NCBI GenBank assembly: GCA_947486185.1
Contig: CANKTH010000003.1
Span: forward strand, 13,581-77,580
Source: Deltaproteobacteria bacterium
Lineage (GTDB): Bacteria; Myxococcota_A; UBA796; SXON01
DNA length: 64,000 nt
Direction of reading: 5' to 3'
Part shown: piece by piece, positions 1 to 10,162 of the stretch
Layout: the number at the start of each line of letters is the position of its first letter
Position numbering within the stretch: the stretch's first letter is position 1
Position numbers and translations under genes: made by a program
Notes under the pieces: model-generated
Database searches by the model: none
What the model was told of the DNA's origin: nothing
Seen by the model: the letters and a program-made list of their open reading frames with translations, nothing else

Positions 1-560
1 CCGCGGAGCTGGCTTCCTTGGGCATGGGCGACGCGCGGGTGGTGGTGGGCGTCGAGCAGCCCGAAGGGCGAGCCGGAGAGCTCAGCGCCGCCGGAGCGCG
101 CCTGGGCATCGAAGGGGTGGATCGTGTGGAATTCCTGATCGCCACCAATCGGGGCGAGGAGCCGCGGCCGCTGAGGAAGGTCGCGAGCGGTGGCGAACTC
201 TCGCGGGCCCTGCTCGCGCTCAAGCGGGTGCTGGCCGGCCTGGGGCCCCAGGGCACCTACGTGTTCGACGAGGTGGACAGCGGGGTAGGCGGGGCGGTGG
301 CCGAGGTGATCGGCAAGAAGCTCTACGAGGTCTCGCGCCAGCATCAGGTCATCTGCATCAGCCACCTCCCGCAGATCGCGGCGTACGCCGACCAACACTT
401 CCTGGTGCGAAAGGAGGCGCACGGTGGGCGCAGCCGCTCAGTGATCCAGCGCCTCAGCCTCGAAGAACGTCGGGAAGAGCTGGCAAGAATGCTCGGCGGC
501 ATCCGCGTGAGCAATGCCGCCCGCGCCGCCGCCGACGAGCTCCTGAACCACGCGCGGTGA
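1..560 (+). CDS. recN: DNA repair protein RecN, C-terminal part (truncated at window edge)
   Basis: VEFLIATNRGE..PLRKVASGGELSR, Walker B FDEVDSGVGG, QVICISHLPQIAA and EELARML are characteristic RecN C-terminal motifs; the frame is open from the window start. Confidence 0.95.
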   Translation, partial: AELASLGMGDARVVVGVEQPEGRAGELSAAGARLGIEGVDRVEFLIATNRGEEPRPLRKVASGGELSRALLALKRVLAGLGPQGTYVFDEVDSGVGGAVAEVIGKKLYEVSRQHQVICISHLPQIAAYADQHFLVRKEAHGGRSRSVIQRLSLEERREELARMLGGIRVSNAARAAADELLNHAR

Positions 561-1270
561 ACCCAGAAAAACCCATGCCGATCCCTGATCCATCCGCTGA
601 CCCGGTGATCGCCTACTACGAGGAGCTGGCGCCCCGTTACGACGCCGATCGTTTTGGCAACAGCTACGGCCGCGTGATCCACGACCAGGAGCGGCGCCTC
701 TTGTCGCGCTGGCTCCATGGGCTGGACCCAACCTTCATCCTGGATCTCGCGTGCGGGACCGGCCGGATGCTGATGCTGGCCGGGCAGGGCGCCGATCCCA
801 GCCCGGGAATGCTGGAGGCGGCCCGACGGCAGTTCCCGGACCGGAAGCTCCATCTGGCCGACGCGCGCGCCCTGCCCCTGCCCGAGAAGAGCTTGGACGC
901 CGTTTTTTGCCTTCACCTCTTCATGCACCTCGGCGTGGACGAAGCCGCGGCGATCGGGCGTGAGGTGCGCCGGGTGCTCCGTCCCGGCGGTCGATTCGTT
1001 CTGGACGTCCCCTCGGCGCTCCGCCGCCGACTCCGTCCGCGTCCACCGGTCGCGCCCGCGTGGCATGGGGCCAGCGCCTATACGCGAGGACAGGTCCTCG
1101 GCCTGTTTCCCGAGTTCGAGCTTCGGGATCGCGTGGGCCTTCTCGGGGTGCCCCTACAACGTCTCCCGCCGCGGACTCGCCCGTGGGCGGCCCCGCTCGA
1201 CCGGGGCTTCGGGAGGATTTTCCCTGATCTTTCGGCCTACACCTTCTACCATCTCGAGCGGCGTCCGTGA
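557..1270 (+). CDS. Class I SAM-dependent methyltransferase
   Basis: Motif I ILDLACGTG, ADARALPL..SLDAV, RVLRPGG; GTGA overlap with the recN stop (alternative ATG at 575). Confidence 0.88.
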   Translation: MNPEKPMPIPDPSADPVIAYYEELAPRYDADRFGNSYGRVIHDQERRLLSRWLHGLDPTFILDLACGTGRMLMLAGQGADPSPGMLEAARRQFPDRKLHLADARALPLPEKSLDAVFCLHLFMHLGVDEAAAIGREVRRVLRPGGRFVLDVPSALRRRLRPRPPVAPAWHGASAYTRGQVLGLFPEFELRDRVGLLGVPLQRLPPRTRPWAAPLDRGFGRIFPDLSAYTFYHLERRP

Positions 1271-1995
1271 GCCTTCGCCGCCACCTCCCGGCGACGCTCC
1301 GGACGGAGCTCCAGGCCCTGCGGCGGCAGCTCCGGGATCGCCGCTCGGGCCTCCGACAGCGCTTCGTCAACGTTTCGGGACCCACCGGGGCCTGGCCGGA
1401 GCGCCTCGTCGTGGAGCAGGCGATACGACCGAGCGCGTTAGTCTCGGCCAAGCTACATAATCTTCGCCGAGCCGCCGCGGTGCTCAACGACCGGTTGATC
1501 CCACCTGGCGCGCTGCTCTCGCTCGGCCACCTGATCGGGCCGCCGACGGCGAGGCGAGGCTATCAGGCGGGACGGATGTTGGCCGAAGGCAAGGTGGTGG
1601 CAGAGGAGGGGGGCGGTTTGTGCCAGCTCTCAGGCGTAATCTACCTTCTTGGTCTACAAGCCGGGCTCCGGGTGGAGGAGCGCCACCCTCACAGCCTTGA
1701 CCTCTACACCGAGACCACCCGCTTCTGCGAGCTCGGCTCAGACGCCACCCTCGTGTGGGCGTACAAGGACCTGCGTCTCGAGAATACGCACGCGCATCCA
1801 GTCGCATTTCGGTTTCAGATCGCCGAAGACCGGCTCCGCGGCGCGCTCTGCGCGCCCGAGTCGGTCGTTCCGCATGAGGTCGTGTTTGTACGCGAAGATC
1901 TCGCCGATGGCTCGCGCCGAGTTCGGACAGTGGTGGACGGCGTGGAGCGGCACGAGGATCGTTATGTTCCTCTCGACCCCGAAGGCGGCGGATGA
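1267..1995 (+). CDS. VanW family protein
   Basis: GGGLCQLS, ERHPHS and DATLVWAYKDLRLEN match the VanW domain core; 4-nt overlaps with both neighbours. Confidence 0.85.
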   Translation: MSLRRHLPATLRTELQALRRQLRDRRSGLRQRFVNVSGPTGAWPERLVVEQAIRPSALVSAKLHNLRRAAAVLNDRLIPPGALLSLGHLIGPPTARRGYQAGRMLAEGKVVAEEGGGLCQLSGVIYLLGLQAGLRVEERHPHSLDLYTETTRFCELGSDATLVWAYKDLRLENTHAHPVAFRFQIAEDRLRGALCAPESVVPHEVVFVREDLADGSRRVRTVVDGVERHEDRYVPLDPEGGG

Positions 1996-4900
1996 CCCCA
2001 ACGCTCCGGCCCCACCTCACCCTCGACCGCGGTGGCACCTTCACCGATCTGGTCCGGCCTGAGCCCGACGGGTGCTTGTCCCTACAAAAGATCCGCTCCG
2101 ATCGCGCGGTGATCGGCGATCTGGTAGACGGTCCCGTGGTGCTGGGCACGACGGTCGTCACCAACGCGATCCTTGAACACAACGGCGTTCCTACCCTCTT
2201 GATCGTGAGCCGAGGCTTCGGCGACCTCCCCTACATCGGGGACCAGTCCCGGCCCGAGCTCTTCGACCCGGACGCCGCCTGGCCGGCGCCGCTGTGCTCC
2301 CGGGTGGTCGAGGTAGGAGGCCGCATCCTGGCCGACGGCACCGAGCTCGAGGCCCTGCCCGCCTCGGACCTCGCCCGGATCGCCGCCTGGGACTGGAGCG
2401 GCGTCGAGGCCGTCGCGGTGGTGCTGATCAACAGCCCGCAAAACGCAGCGCACGAGCGGCAGATCGCGAGCGTGTTGCCAACGTTCCTCCATGTGGCCCT
2501 GGGCTCGGAGCTCTCGGTCGAAGCCGGGCTGCTCGCGCGTATCGAGACCACCCTGGTGGACGCTGCTATGACCCCACGGCTCCGGGCCGCGCTGGAGCGC
2601 GACCGGGTTCCTCCCGGCAGTCTGGCGCTCCGCTCGGACGCCAGCCTGTGCCCGACCCAAGCGCTCCGCGCCCCGGACGCGGTGCTCTCCGGGCCCGCGG
2701 GCGGCGTGCTCGCCGTCGCCGAGGTCGCGCGCCGCCACGGTCTGAAGCGGGTGATCGGGCTCGACATCGGGGGCACCTCCACCGATGTATGTCGGGTGGA
2801 CCTGGATCAACCCGAGCTGGCCAGGGTGGGGGAGCTGCGGGTGGCGGGGCTCCGGGTGCAGCGGCCAGCGTTGGCGGTAGAGACCATCGCCGCGGGTGGC
2901 GGATCCCTGTTGATCGACGAGGGTTATCGCCTGCTCGTGGGCCCGCGCTCCGCCGGCGCCTTCCCCGGTCCGGCCTGCTACGGGAACGGGGGGCCCCTCA
3001 CCCTCACCGACGCCGCGTTGGTGGCGGGACGTATCGATCCTTCCCGCTTTGATCCTCCGCTCTCTACCCCCGACCTCCCGGCGCCCGCGAGCCTCACCAC
3101 CGTCCAGGGCCGCGCGGAAGCCTGGCTGTCGGTCGCGGCCGAGACCATGGCCGCGGCGATTCGGCGTATCGCCACCGCCCGCGGAGTCGAGCTCGGGGAC
3201 CACAGCCTCGTCGCGTTTGGCGGGGCCGCGGGCCAACATGCGGTGGCGGTCGCGACGCGCGTAGGCCTCCGGCGCGTGATCGTGCCCGCGTTCGCGTCGG
3301 GGCTCTCGGCATGGGGAATGCGTTTTGCCCGCCGAGAAGAACAACAACGCCTCAGCCTCTGGCTGTCGCTCACGCCAGCGACCGGCGCGGGTGAAGCTTC
3401 GGATCCGGACAGGAGCGCCTTGACCCGGGCGTGGGAGCTCCTGACAGCGGCGCTCGACGAAGGCGCGGGCCGGGCGCTCGGGGACGGCGCTGAGCGTCAT
3501 CACGCTGCCGAGCTCCGTTATGTCGGCACCGACCACACGCTCCGGGTCCTGACTACGCCCGCCGCGAGCTCCGCCGACCTCATCGGGGCGTTTGAAGAGG
3601 AACATCGTCGGTGTTTCGGATTCATCCGCGGGCTCGCGGTCGAGCTCGTGCACCTGGAGCTGCGGCTCCGAGCGCCGGCCCTCTCGCGCTCCGAGCCGGT
3701 GTCGGCCCCCTGGACCGTAGACGGCGCCCCATTGCCTGGACCCGGCGTAAAAGGCCCGCTCCGAGTGGATCTACCGAGCACCTCGGTGTGGGTACCCGAA
3801 GGCTGGACGGCGCGGCGCCGGGGAGACGATCTGGAGCTCCTCCCGGATGAACCCTCCGATGCCCGCTCGGCAGCACCGGACGACGCCCAAGCCGCGCACC
3901 CGGGTCCGGCGGGCCCGGAGGCCGACCCGTCGAATCCCGAGCACGGAGGCGCCTTGGGCGCGGGTCACGCGAGCCGGCATCCCCCGGTGCCCGATCCGGA
4001 GGGCATCGCGCTCTGGGGCGCGCGCTTTGTATGTGTCGCGGAGGCTGCCGGGGAGGTCCTGCGCCGGCTCGCGCGGTCGGTCAACATCCGGGAACGCCTG
4101 GACTTCTCGATGGCGCTCTTCGACCCGCAAGGCCGGCTGGTGGCCAACGCCCCGCACGTGCCCGTACATCTCGGCGCGATGGGCGAGACGGTCCGAGATC
4201 TGTTGCCCTGGGTGCCGGTCCACCACCCGGCCCTCGCCCCCTCCGCCTGGCTGACCAACGACCCGGGCGCCGGCGGCTCCCACCTGCCCGATCTCACGGT
4301 GATCACGCCCGTCTACTGTTACGGACGCCGCTTTTTCGTCGCCAGCCGGGCGCACCACGTCGACGTTGGGGGGCTCACCCCGGGCTCGATGCCGCCCCAC
4401 AGCCGCAAGCTCGCCGACGAAGGCCTCCGTTTCCGCCGTTTTCCGCTGCTCGTGGATGGGGTGCCCCAGCCCCTCGACGACGCCCTCTCCGAATCCCGGG
4501 CGCCTGAGACGGTGAAGGCCGATCTATACGCTCAGATCGCCGCAAATCAACATGCCGCGCGGGAGCTGGCGGCGCTCGGGCCGCTCACCGAACGCTGGAT
4601 GTCCCGGCTCAGCGAGGCCGCGGCGCACGCGGTGGATCGGGTGATTCAAGACCTACAACCTCGCACCGCAACCGATTTTATCGACGGGGTGCCGCTCTGC
4701 CTCCGTCTCTCCGTGCGCCCGGCTGAGGCTACCGGCGCAAGACCTTTGTTGGAAGTAGATTTTTCGGGTACCGGTGGGCCGCACCCCGGCAATCTCAACT
4801 GCCCGCCCGGCGTGGTTCGCGCCGCGGTGCTCTACAGCCTGAGGGTACTCGCAGCGCAGGCGATCCCGCTCAACGAAGGTGCGTTGGACGCAGTCAAGCT

Positions 4901-5579
4901 GGTGATACCGCCGGGCTCGATCCTCTCGCCCCCGCCCGACGCCGCGGTGGTCGGGGGCAACGTGGAGACGTCTCAGCGGCTGGTGGACCTCTTCTTCGCC
5001 GCTGCCGGGGCACGCGCTGCGTCGGCCGGCACGATGAGCAACCTCACGCTGGGTGGCGAGGGCTGGGCCTTCTACGAGACCCTCGGAGGTGGTACGGGGG
5101 CGAGCCCGAACGGACCCGGATTATCCGCCAGGCAGCTGCATATGACCAACACCCGCGCCACTGACGTCGAGGTGCTCGAGCGGCGACTCCCGTTGCGGGT
5201 CACGCAGTTTCGGATTCGGCCCCATAGCGGCGGCGAAGGGCATCATCGTGGCGGGGACGGTCTCGTTCGCGAGATCGTGCTCTGCGTTCCCGGGCAGGCG
5301 GCGCTGCTCACAACCTGGCGGGCCGCGCCTGGGCTCCGCGGCGGCGGCCCTGGCCGACCGGGCTCCGCGTGGCTGATCGGCACCGGGCCCGAACCCACCC
5401 GGCAACCTCGGATCTATCGTCAGATAAACAGCCGCTTTTTTCGACACGGACCCGCGCCGGCGCGCCGATGGTGGGGGGACGCGGTGCGCCTGCCGGTCGG
5501 GGCGCGGGTGCGGATCAAGACCCCGGGAGGCGGCGGTTGGGGGCCGACCCCTGCCGGTCAGGCTAAGACCCAACGGTGA
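1992..5579 (+). CDS. 5-oxoprolinase / hydantoinase A+B fusion (ATP-dependent)
   Basis: HyuA-like half: [37 protein letters not shown]. HyuB-like half: [48 protein letters not shown]. Confidence 0.93.
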   Translation: MTPTLRPHLTLDRGGTFTDLVRPEPDGCLSLQKIRSDRAVIGDLVDGPVVLGTTVVTNAILEHNGVPTLLIVSRGFGDLPYIGDQSRPELFDPDAAWPAPLCSRVVEVGGRILADGTELEALPASDLARIAAWDWSGVEAVAVVLINSPQNAAHERQIASVLPTFLHVALGSELSVEAGLLARIETTLVDAAMTPRLRAALERDRVPPGSLALRSDASLCPTQALRAPDAVLSGPAGGVLAVAEVARRHGLKRVIGLDIGGTSTDVCRVDLDQPELARVGELRVAGLRVQRPALAVETIAAGGGSLLIDEGYRLLVGPRSAGAFPGPACYGNGGPLTLTDAALVAGRIDPSRFDPPLSTPDLPAPASLTTVQGRAEAWLSVAAETMAAAIRRIATARGVELGDHSLVAFGGAAGQHAVAVATRVGLRRVIVPAFASGLSAWGMRFARREEQQRLSLWLSLTPATGAGEASDPDRSALTRAWELLTAALDEGAGRALGDGAERHHAAELRYVGTDHTLRVLTTPAASSADLIGAFEEEHRRCFGFIRGLAVELVHLELRLRAPALSRSEPVSAPWTVDGAPLPGPGVKGPLRVDLPSTSVWVPEGWTARRRGDDLELLPDEPSDARSAAPDDAQAAHPGPAGPEADPSNPEHGGALGAGHASRHPPVPDPEGIALWGARFVCVAEAAGEVLRRLARSVNIRERLDFSMALFDPQGRLVANAPHVPVHLGAMGETVRDLLPWVPVHHPALAPSAWLTNDPGAGGSHLPDLTVITPVYCYGRRFFVASRAHHVDVGGLTPGSMPPHSRKLADEGLRFRRFPLLVDGVPQPLDDALSESRAPETVKADLYAQIAANQHAARELAALGPLTERWMSRLSEAAAHAVDRVIQDLQPRTATDFIDGVPLCLRLSVRPAEATGARPLLEVDFSGTGGPHPGNLNCPPGVVRAAVLYSLRVLAAQAIPLNEGALDAVKLVIPPGSILSPPPDAAVVGGNVETSQRLVDLFFAAAGARAASAGTMSNLTLGGEGWAFYETLGGGTGASPNGPGLSARQLHMTNTRATDVEVLERRLPLRVTQFRIRPHSGGEGHHRGGDGLVREIVLCVPGQAALLTTWRAAPGLRGGGPGRPGSAWLIGTGPEPTRQPRIYRQINSRFFRHGPAPARRWWGDAVRLPVGARVRIKTPGGGGWGPTPAGQAKTQR

Positions 5580-6430
5580 GCGCTCCGCTGGATCTCCTGC
5601 CGCTGACCCGGTGCCTGGGCCGCCCGATGCCGCCCCGTACGGCCGTGGAGCTCGCGGACGCCGTCGCCGCCGCGGTGCTGGAGGCCCCGGGGGAACGCCA
5701 CGAGGGGCTCAGCCCCGCCGTGATCTCGCTTGGGACCGACGGCCGGGCGCGCCTCGGCGTGAGCTCCGCGGTCCACATAGACTACCGGCCGCCACCCGGG
5801 ATGTACGCCGAGACCTGGGTGATCGGCGCGCTCCTCTATGAAGCGCTCGCGGGCGCGGCGATGGGCCATCTGCCCGAGCGCGAGATTCTCCACGATGGCG
5901 CAGTCGAACGTGCGCTCTCGACGCTCGCATTGTCGACACCGCTCCACACCACGGTCCGTGACCTCCTTCGTTTCCGCGGCGCCGCGCGCCTGAGCTTACG
6001 CGCGGCGCGCGCCTCTTTTCAGAGCCTCGCGCCCGTCCTGCCGGGGCCCCCACTCACCTCCTGGGTCACCGAGCGGGTCTTGTCCCTCCGCGACGGCGAG
6101 CCGCCGGTCCAGGCCCCCCCGACGACCGCCCAACCCCCCGTGTTCGGGCCTCCTTCAGCCGCCAGCGCCGCGGGCCAGACGCCCGAGGGCCCCGTCAGCA
6201 CGAGCGCGGGCCGCAGGATGACTACGCCGGTGTCGGAACACGCCGGCGACTCCCAAACATCGTCCCAACAAGCCCCGCGGGCCCGTCCGTCCTCGGTTGG
6301 AGGCAGCACGGGCGGCCCGCGCGCGGTCCGGGGCGCCCTCGTCCTCGCGGTCCTGGGCCTCGGCGGCCTGATGTTCGTCGTATTGTTTGGCGGCGCCGCG
6401 GCTGTAGGCTTGTGGTGGTGGCTGCGATGA
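5576..6430 (+). CDS. Membrane-anchored pseudokinase-like protein
   Basis: HEGLSPAVISLGTDG and ETWVIGALLYEALAG resemble degenerate kinase subdomains VIb and IX; Pro-rich linker; C-terminal TM helix; GTGA overlap with the upstream gene. Confidence 0.6.
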   Translation: MSAPLDLLPLTRCLGRPMPPRTAVELADAVAAAVLEAPGERHEGLSPAVISLGTDGRARLGVSSAVHIDYRPPPGMYAETWVIGALLYEALAGAAMGHLPEREILHDGAVERALSTLALSTPLHTTVRDLLRFRGAARLSLRAARASFQSLAPVLPGPPLTSWVTERVLSLRDGEPPVQAPPTTAQPPVFGPPSAASAAGQTPEGPVSTSAGRRMTTPVSEHAGDSQTSSQQAPRARPSSVGGSTGGPRAVRGALVLAVLGLGGLMFVVLFGGAAAVGLWWWLR

Positions 6431-6470
6431 ACGATGTTGCCCGCTGGAAGTTGCTGAAATCGATCGCGTG

Positions 6471-6500
6471 TTGACGGCGCCCCGCCGATTACCGGATGCT
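6471..6500 (+). promoter_or_regulatory. Putative sigma70-type promoter for the HEAT-PilT operon
   Basis: TTGACG (6471-6476), 18-nt spacer, GATGCT (6495-6500), ending 7 nt before ATG 6508. Confidence 0.35.
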
Positions 6501-6595
6501 CGCGTCCATGTTGGCTTTCCTGGGCGGCGCAAATAAAGAACCTGCTCGAGCAGGTCACAGCAGCAACGTGGAAAACTCCGGAAGAACGGGATGGG

Positions 6596-8995
6596 TTGCT
6601 CAAGCAGCTCAAGGAGAGCGGCCCCCGACCGGTTGAGGTCATCCCGCTCCTCTTCCACTCCGACAGCGCCGCCCGGGCGATCTCCGCCGAGCTCTTCCTG
6701 GCGCGCGCCGACGAGAAGTCGCTGATCGCGCTCCTCGACGCGCTCGGGGACAAGCCGCCGCACGTCCGGACGGGCCTGATGCGGCTGGTCAACCGGCTCC
6801 CCGACGAGCTGTTGATCAAGGCGCTCGACGGATTGTTGGCCGACAAGTCCTCTGTCAAGCAGCGGCTTGGCTGGGAGTACGCGCTCGGGCTGGCCGGCGC
6901 GGTGCGCTTCCGCTACCTCGAGAGGGCGATTCGCGACGCGCCCCCGGTGATCCGGGCTTCGGCGCTCCAAAAGCTCCTTCAGGAGCGTGATCCGGCGACC
7001 CTGGTCGACCTGCTCCTCGGCTGCGCCCGAGACCCGGACTCCCGCCTCTCTTCGGTCGCTCAGGAGGCGCTGGTCAAGGTCACAGACCCGCGGGTCGCCG
7101 AGCTCATGTTCGACCGCTTCGTCAGCGGCGACGCGACGAGCCAACAGCGCGCGTCCGCCTGGCTGCAAGAACGCGCCCGCGAAGATCCCCTTACGATGCG
7201 GAATAAGATGCTCGACCTCCTCGGGAGCGGCGAAGACAGCATCCGCCGGCAGGCGATGGAGATCCTCTTCACCACCGGCACCGCCGATGAGCTCCTCGTC
7301 GAGGTCCTGACCTTCTGCCGCGATCTTGTAGGCTGGCTCCGCACCCGTATCCTCGAGACGCTCCGCACCTTCGGCGACCAGGTCCTGCGCCCAGGGGTCG
7401 CGCTCCTCAACCACCCCGAAGAGGAGATCCGCACCGCCGCCCTGGTCTTGTGTGAACACTTCAACGACCCGCGCCTCGTCGATCCCGTCGGCAAGCTGCT
7501 TCAGGATCCCGATTGGTGGCTGCGGATCTCGGCCTGCGACACGCTCGGCCGCCTGGGCGATGAGCGGGCGGTCCCCTACCTCATCAAGGCGTTGGAGGAC
7601 GCTGAGACCCGCTGGGCCGCGATCGACGCCCTGTCCCACATCGCCTCCCCCGCGGCGCTCAAGCCGTTGGCGAGCCTCCTGCGGGACCCGCGCGTCGAGG
7701 TCCGGCTCGAGGTGGTCAAGGCGTTCTCCAAGTTCGATGATCCGCGGCTGCTCCCCCTGTTGCAGGCGGTGAAAGAGAAGGATCCCTCCTCCGAGGTTCG
7801 CACCCGCGCCGCCGAGGTCGCCCGCGACCTCGCCCAAAAACTCCACCAGACGACCGACGGCGTCGACCGTGGCACCTCGTCGGTCAACTTCCGAGCCCTG
7901 ACCCGGCCCCTCGACCAGCTCCTCGCACGGATCCGTGAGCTCGGCGCGTCCGACGTCCATCTCTCGGTCGATGAGCCCCCCTTCGTCCGGATGCGGGGTC
8001 AGATCGCCCGCCTCGAAGGGACCGAGCCGACCACGGCCGAGCAGACACGGGCCTGGATCCTCGAGATCCTCGAAGAGCGCCAGAAGAAGGTGCTGCTGGA
8101 GACCGGGGAGCTCGACTTCTGCCACGCGATCCCGGAGGTCGGGCGCTACCGGTCCAACGCCTTCGTGCAGCGGAAGGGGATGTGCGCCTCCTTCCGGGTG
8201 ATCCCCAACGTGCCCCCCACCTTCGCGGATCTGCGTCTGCCCGGCCGTCTCACCGAGCTCCTGGATTACCACCAGGGAATCATCGTGATCTCCGGCCCGG
8301 CAGGCAGCGGTAAGAGCACCACGCTCGCCGCCATCGTCAATCTGATCAACGAGACCAAGGCCGACCACGTCATCACGATGGAAGACCCGATCGAATTCGT
8401 TCACCCGGTCAAGTCGGCCCTCATCAACCAGCGTGAGGTGGGTCGGCACACCGCCTCTTTTGCGCGTGCGCTCCGCGCCGCCCTGCGTGAGGATCCCGAC
8501 GTGATCGTGGTCGGCGAGATGCGTGACGTCGAGACCGTGCGCCTCGCGCTCACCGCCGCGGAGACCGGCCACCTCGTCGTCGCGACGATGCACACCACCG
8601 GAGCCGTAGCCACCATCGAACGGCTGATCAAGAGCTTTCCCCCGGACGAACAGGCGCAGGTCCGTATGGGTCTCTCCGAGTCGCTCAAGTACGTGGTGAG
8701 CCAGTCGCTCGTGCCCCGTAAAGACGGTCAGGGCCGAGCCGGGGTGTACGAGGTGCTCAAGGGCACCTTCAGTATCGGGAATATGATACGTGACAACAAG
8801 ACTTTTCAGATACCCAGCATGATGCAGCTCGGACGACGCGTCGGCATGCAGACCCGCGATCAGGCCCTGATGGACCTGGTGGACGCCGGCATCGTCGCCG
8901 CGGAAATGGCCTGGTTACGGGCGGATAAGCCCGAGACCTTCGAGGGGCTCTGTGACCCCACCTTCTTGCGTGACAAATCGGGGGCCGGCACATGA
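6596..8995 (+). CDS. HEAT-repeat-fused PilT/PilU family ATPase (true start probably ATG 6508, across a frameshift)
   Basis: About 430 aa of HEAT-like repeats (e.g. LLQDPDWWLRISACDTLGRLGDERAVPYLIKAL), then a PilT domain: ASDVHL, Walker A GPAGSGKS, TMEDPIE, ALREDPD, GEMRD, His box HLVVATMH. Confidence 0.9.
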   Translation: MLKQLKESGPRPVEVIPLLFHSDSAARAISAELFLARADEKSLIALLDALGDKPPHVRTGLMRLVNRLPDELLIKALDGLLADKSSVKQRLGWEYALGLAGAVRFRYLERAIRDAPPVIRASALQKLLQERDPATLVDLLLGCARDPDSRLSSVAQEALVKVTDPRVAELMFDRFVSGDATSQQRASAWLQERAREDPLTMRNKMLDLLGSGEDSIRRQAMEILFTTGTADELLVEVLTFCRDLVGWLRTRILETLRTFGDQVLRPGVALLNHPEEEIRTAALVLCEHFNDPRLVDPVGKLLQDPDWWLRISACDTLGRLGDERAVPYLIKALEDAETRWAAIDALSHIASPAALKPLASLLRDPRVEVRLEVVKAFSKFDDPRLLPLLQAVKEKDPSSEVRTRAAEVARDLAQKLHQTTDGVDRGTSSVNFRALTRPLDQLLARIRELGASDVHLSVDEPPFVRMRGQIARLEGTEPTTAEQTRAWILEILEERQKKVLLETGELDFCHAIPEVGRYRSNAFVQRKGMCASFRVIPNVPPTFADLRLPGRLTELLDYHQGIIVISGPAGSGKSTTLAAIVNLINETKADHVITMEDPIEFVHPVKSALINQREVGRHTASFARALRAALREDPDVIVVGEMRDVETVRLALTAAETGHLVVATMHTTGAVATIERLIKSFPPDEQAQVRMGLSESLKYVVSQSLVPRKDGQGRAGVYEVLKGTFSIGNMIRDNKTFQIPSMMQLGRRVGMQTRDQALMDLVDAGIVAAEMAWLRADKPETFEGLCDPTFLRDKSGAGT

Positions 8996-10089
8996 GCACG
9001 GGCAATCGAATCGACCGTTTCCTCAAGCTCATGGTCGACAAAGGCGCCTCAGACCTACATCTTTCTGTTGGTCGTCCGCCGATCTTCCGTCTATCGGGCA
9101 GGATGGACCCGGTGCGGTACCGGGTGCTGGACGATCGGGATTTTGAGGCGCTGGTTCGCCCGATCTCGCCTCCACACCTGTGGACCTCGTACGCCGCCGA
9201 AGGCGACACCGACTTCGCCTACGAGCTACCCGGGATTTCACGGTTCCGGGTCAACGTCTACAAACAACATCGGGGGATGGGCGCGGTGTTCCGCGTCATA
9301 CCGACCAAACTCATGACGGTGGAGCAGCTCGGCCTCCCGCCCGCGGTGCGTAAGCTGGTCAACCTGCAAGGTGGCCTGGTCCTGGTGACCGGACCGACCG
9401 GCTCAGGCAAATCCACCACCTTGTCGGCGATCATCAACGAGATGAACGCTACGCGCCCGATGCACTTCATCACGATCGAAGACCCCATCGAGTTCGTGCA
9501 CCCCAACAAGATGTCGTTGGTGTCCCAGCGGGAGATCGGGCCTCACTCCAAGTCCTTCTCCGCCGCCTTACGCGCCGCGATCCGCGAGGATCCCGACGCC
9601 GTGCTCGTCGGCGAGATGCGTGACCTCGAGACCATCGAGATGGCGCTCAACGCCGCCGAGACCGGCCTCCTCGTCTTCGGCACCTTGCACACCAACTCCG
9701 CGTCAAAGACCATCGATCGGGTGATCAACGTGTTCCCGTCCGAACGCCAGGAGAGCGTGAGAGGTATCCTCGCGGGCGTGCTCAAGGGCGTGCTTGCGCA
9801 GCAGCTCCTTCGGCGAAAAGCGGGGGGACGATGCGCCGCTTTGGAGATCCTGTTTGGCACCCCGGCGATGGCGTCGCTCATCCGGGAGGGCAAGACCCAC
9901 CAGATCGGCGGCGTGATCCAGCAGGGCAAGAACCAGGGGATGATCGGGATGGACGACAGCTTACGTTTGTTGGTCGAGCGTGACCTGATCGAACCGCACG
10001 CGGCCCTTGAAAAAGCCCTTAGTAAAGATGAAATGCGCAAGTGGCTCTCGGAGCGCGGCGCTACGCTCCCCGATGACGCCGACGCCTGA
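8992..10089 (+). CDS. pilT: PilT family type IV pilus retraction ATPase paralogue
   Basis: GASDLHL, GPTGSGKST, TIEDPIE, AIREDPD, GEMRD, GTLHTNS, ASLIRE; ATGA overlap with the upstream gene. Confidence 0.9.
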   Translation: MSTGNRIDRFLKLMVDKGASDLHLSVGRPPIFRLSGRMDPVRYRVLDDRDFEALVRPISPPHLWTSYAAEGDTDFAYELPGISRFRVNVYKQHRGMGAVFRVIPTKLMTVEQLGLPPAVRKLVNLQGGLVLVTGPTGSGKSTTLSAIINEMNATRPMHFITIEDPIEFVHPNKMSLVSQREIGPHSKSFSAALRAAIREDPDAVLVGEMRDLETIEMALNAAETGLLVFGTLHTNSASKTIDRVINVFPSERQESVRGILAGVLKGVLAQQLLRRKAGGRCAALEILFGTPAMASLIREGKTHQIGGVIQQGKNQGMIGMDDSLRLLVERDLIEPHAALEKALSKDEMRKWLSERGATLPDDADA

Positions 10090-10094
10090 CAGCG

Positions 10095-10162
10095 GCTCAG
10101 GCCTGACCGTAGCTCAGGCCTGACCGTAGCTCGGTCCCGACCGCGGCTCAGTCCCGACCGGC
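10095..10162. repeat. Four tandem 17-bp units between convergent stop codons
   Basis: gctcaggcctgaccgta x2 (10095-10128), then gctcggtcccgaccgcg and gctcagtcccgaccggc; the first two units contain the palindrome TCAGGCCTGA. Confidence 0.8.

Noticed and set aside
1267-1995. vanW as evidence of vancomycin resistance
   Set aside because: No vanHAX or vanRS genes; VanW domains are widespread outside resistance clusters.
6155-8593. 812-aa minus-strand ORF
   Set aside because: Antisense shadow of the HEAT-PilT gene; no motifs; long shadow ORFs are expected at this GC content.
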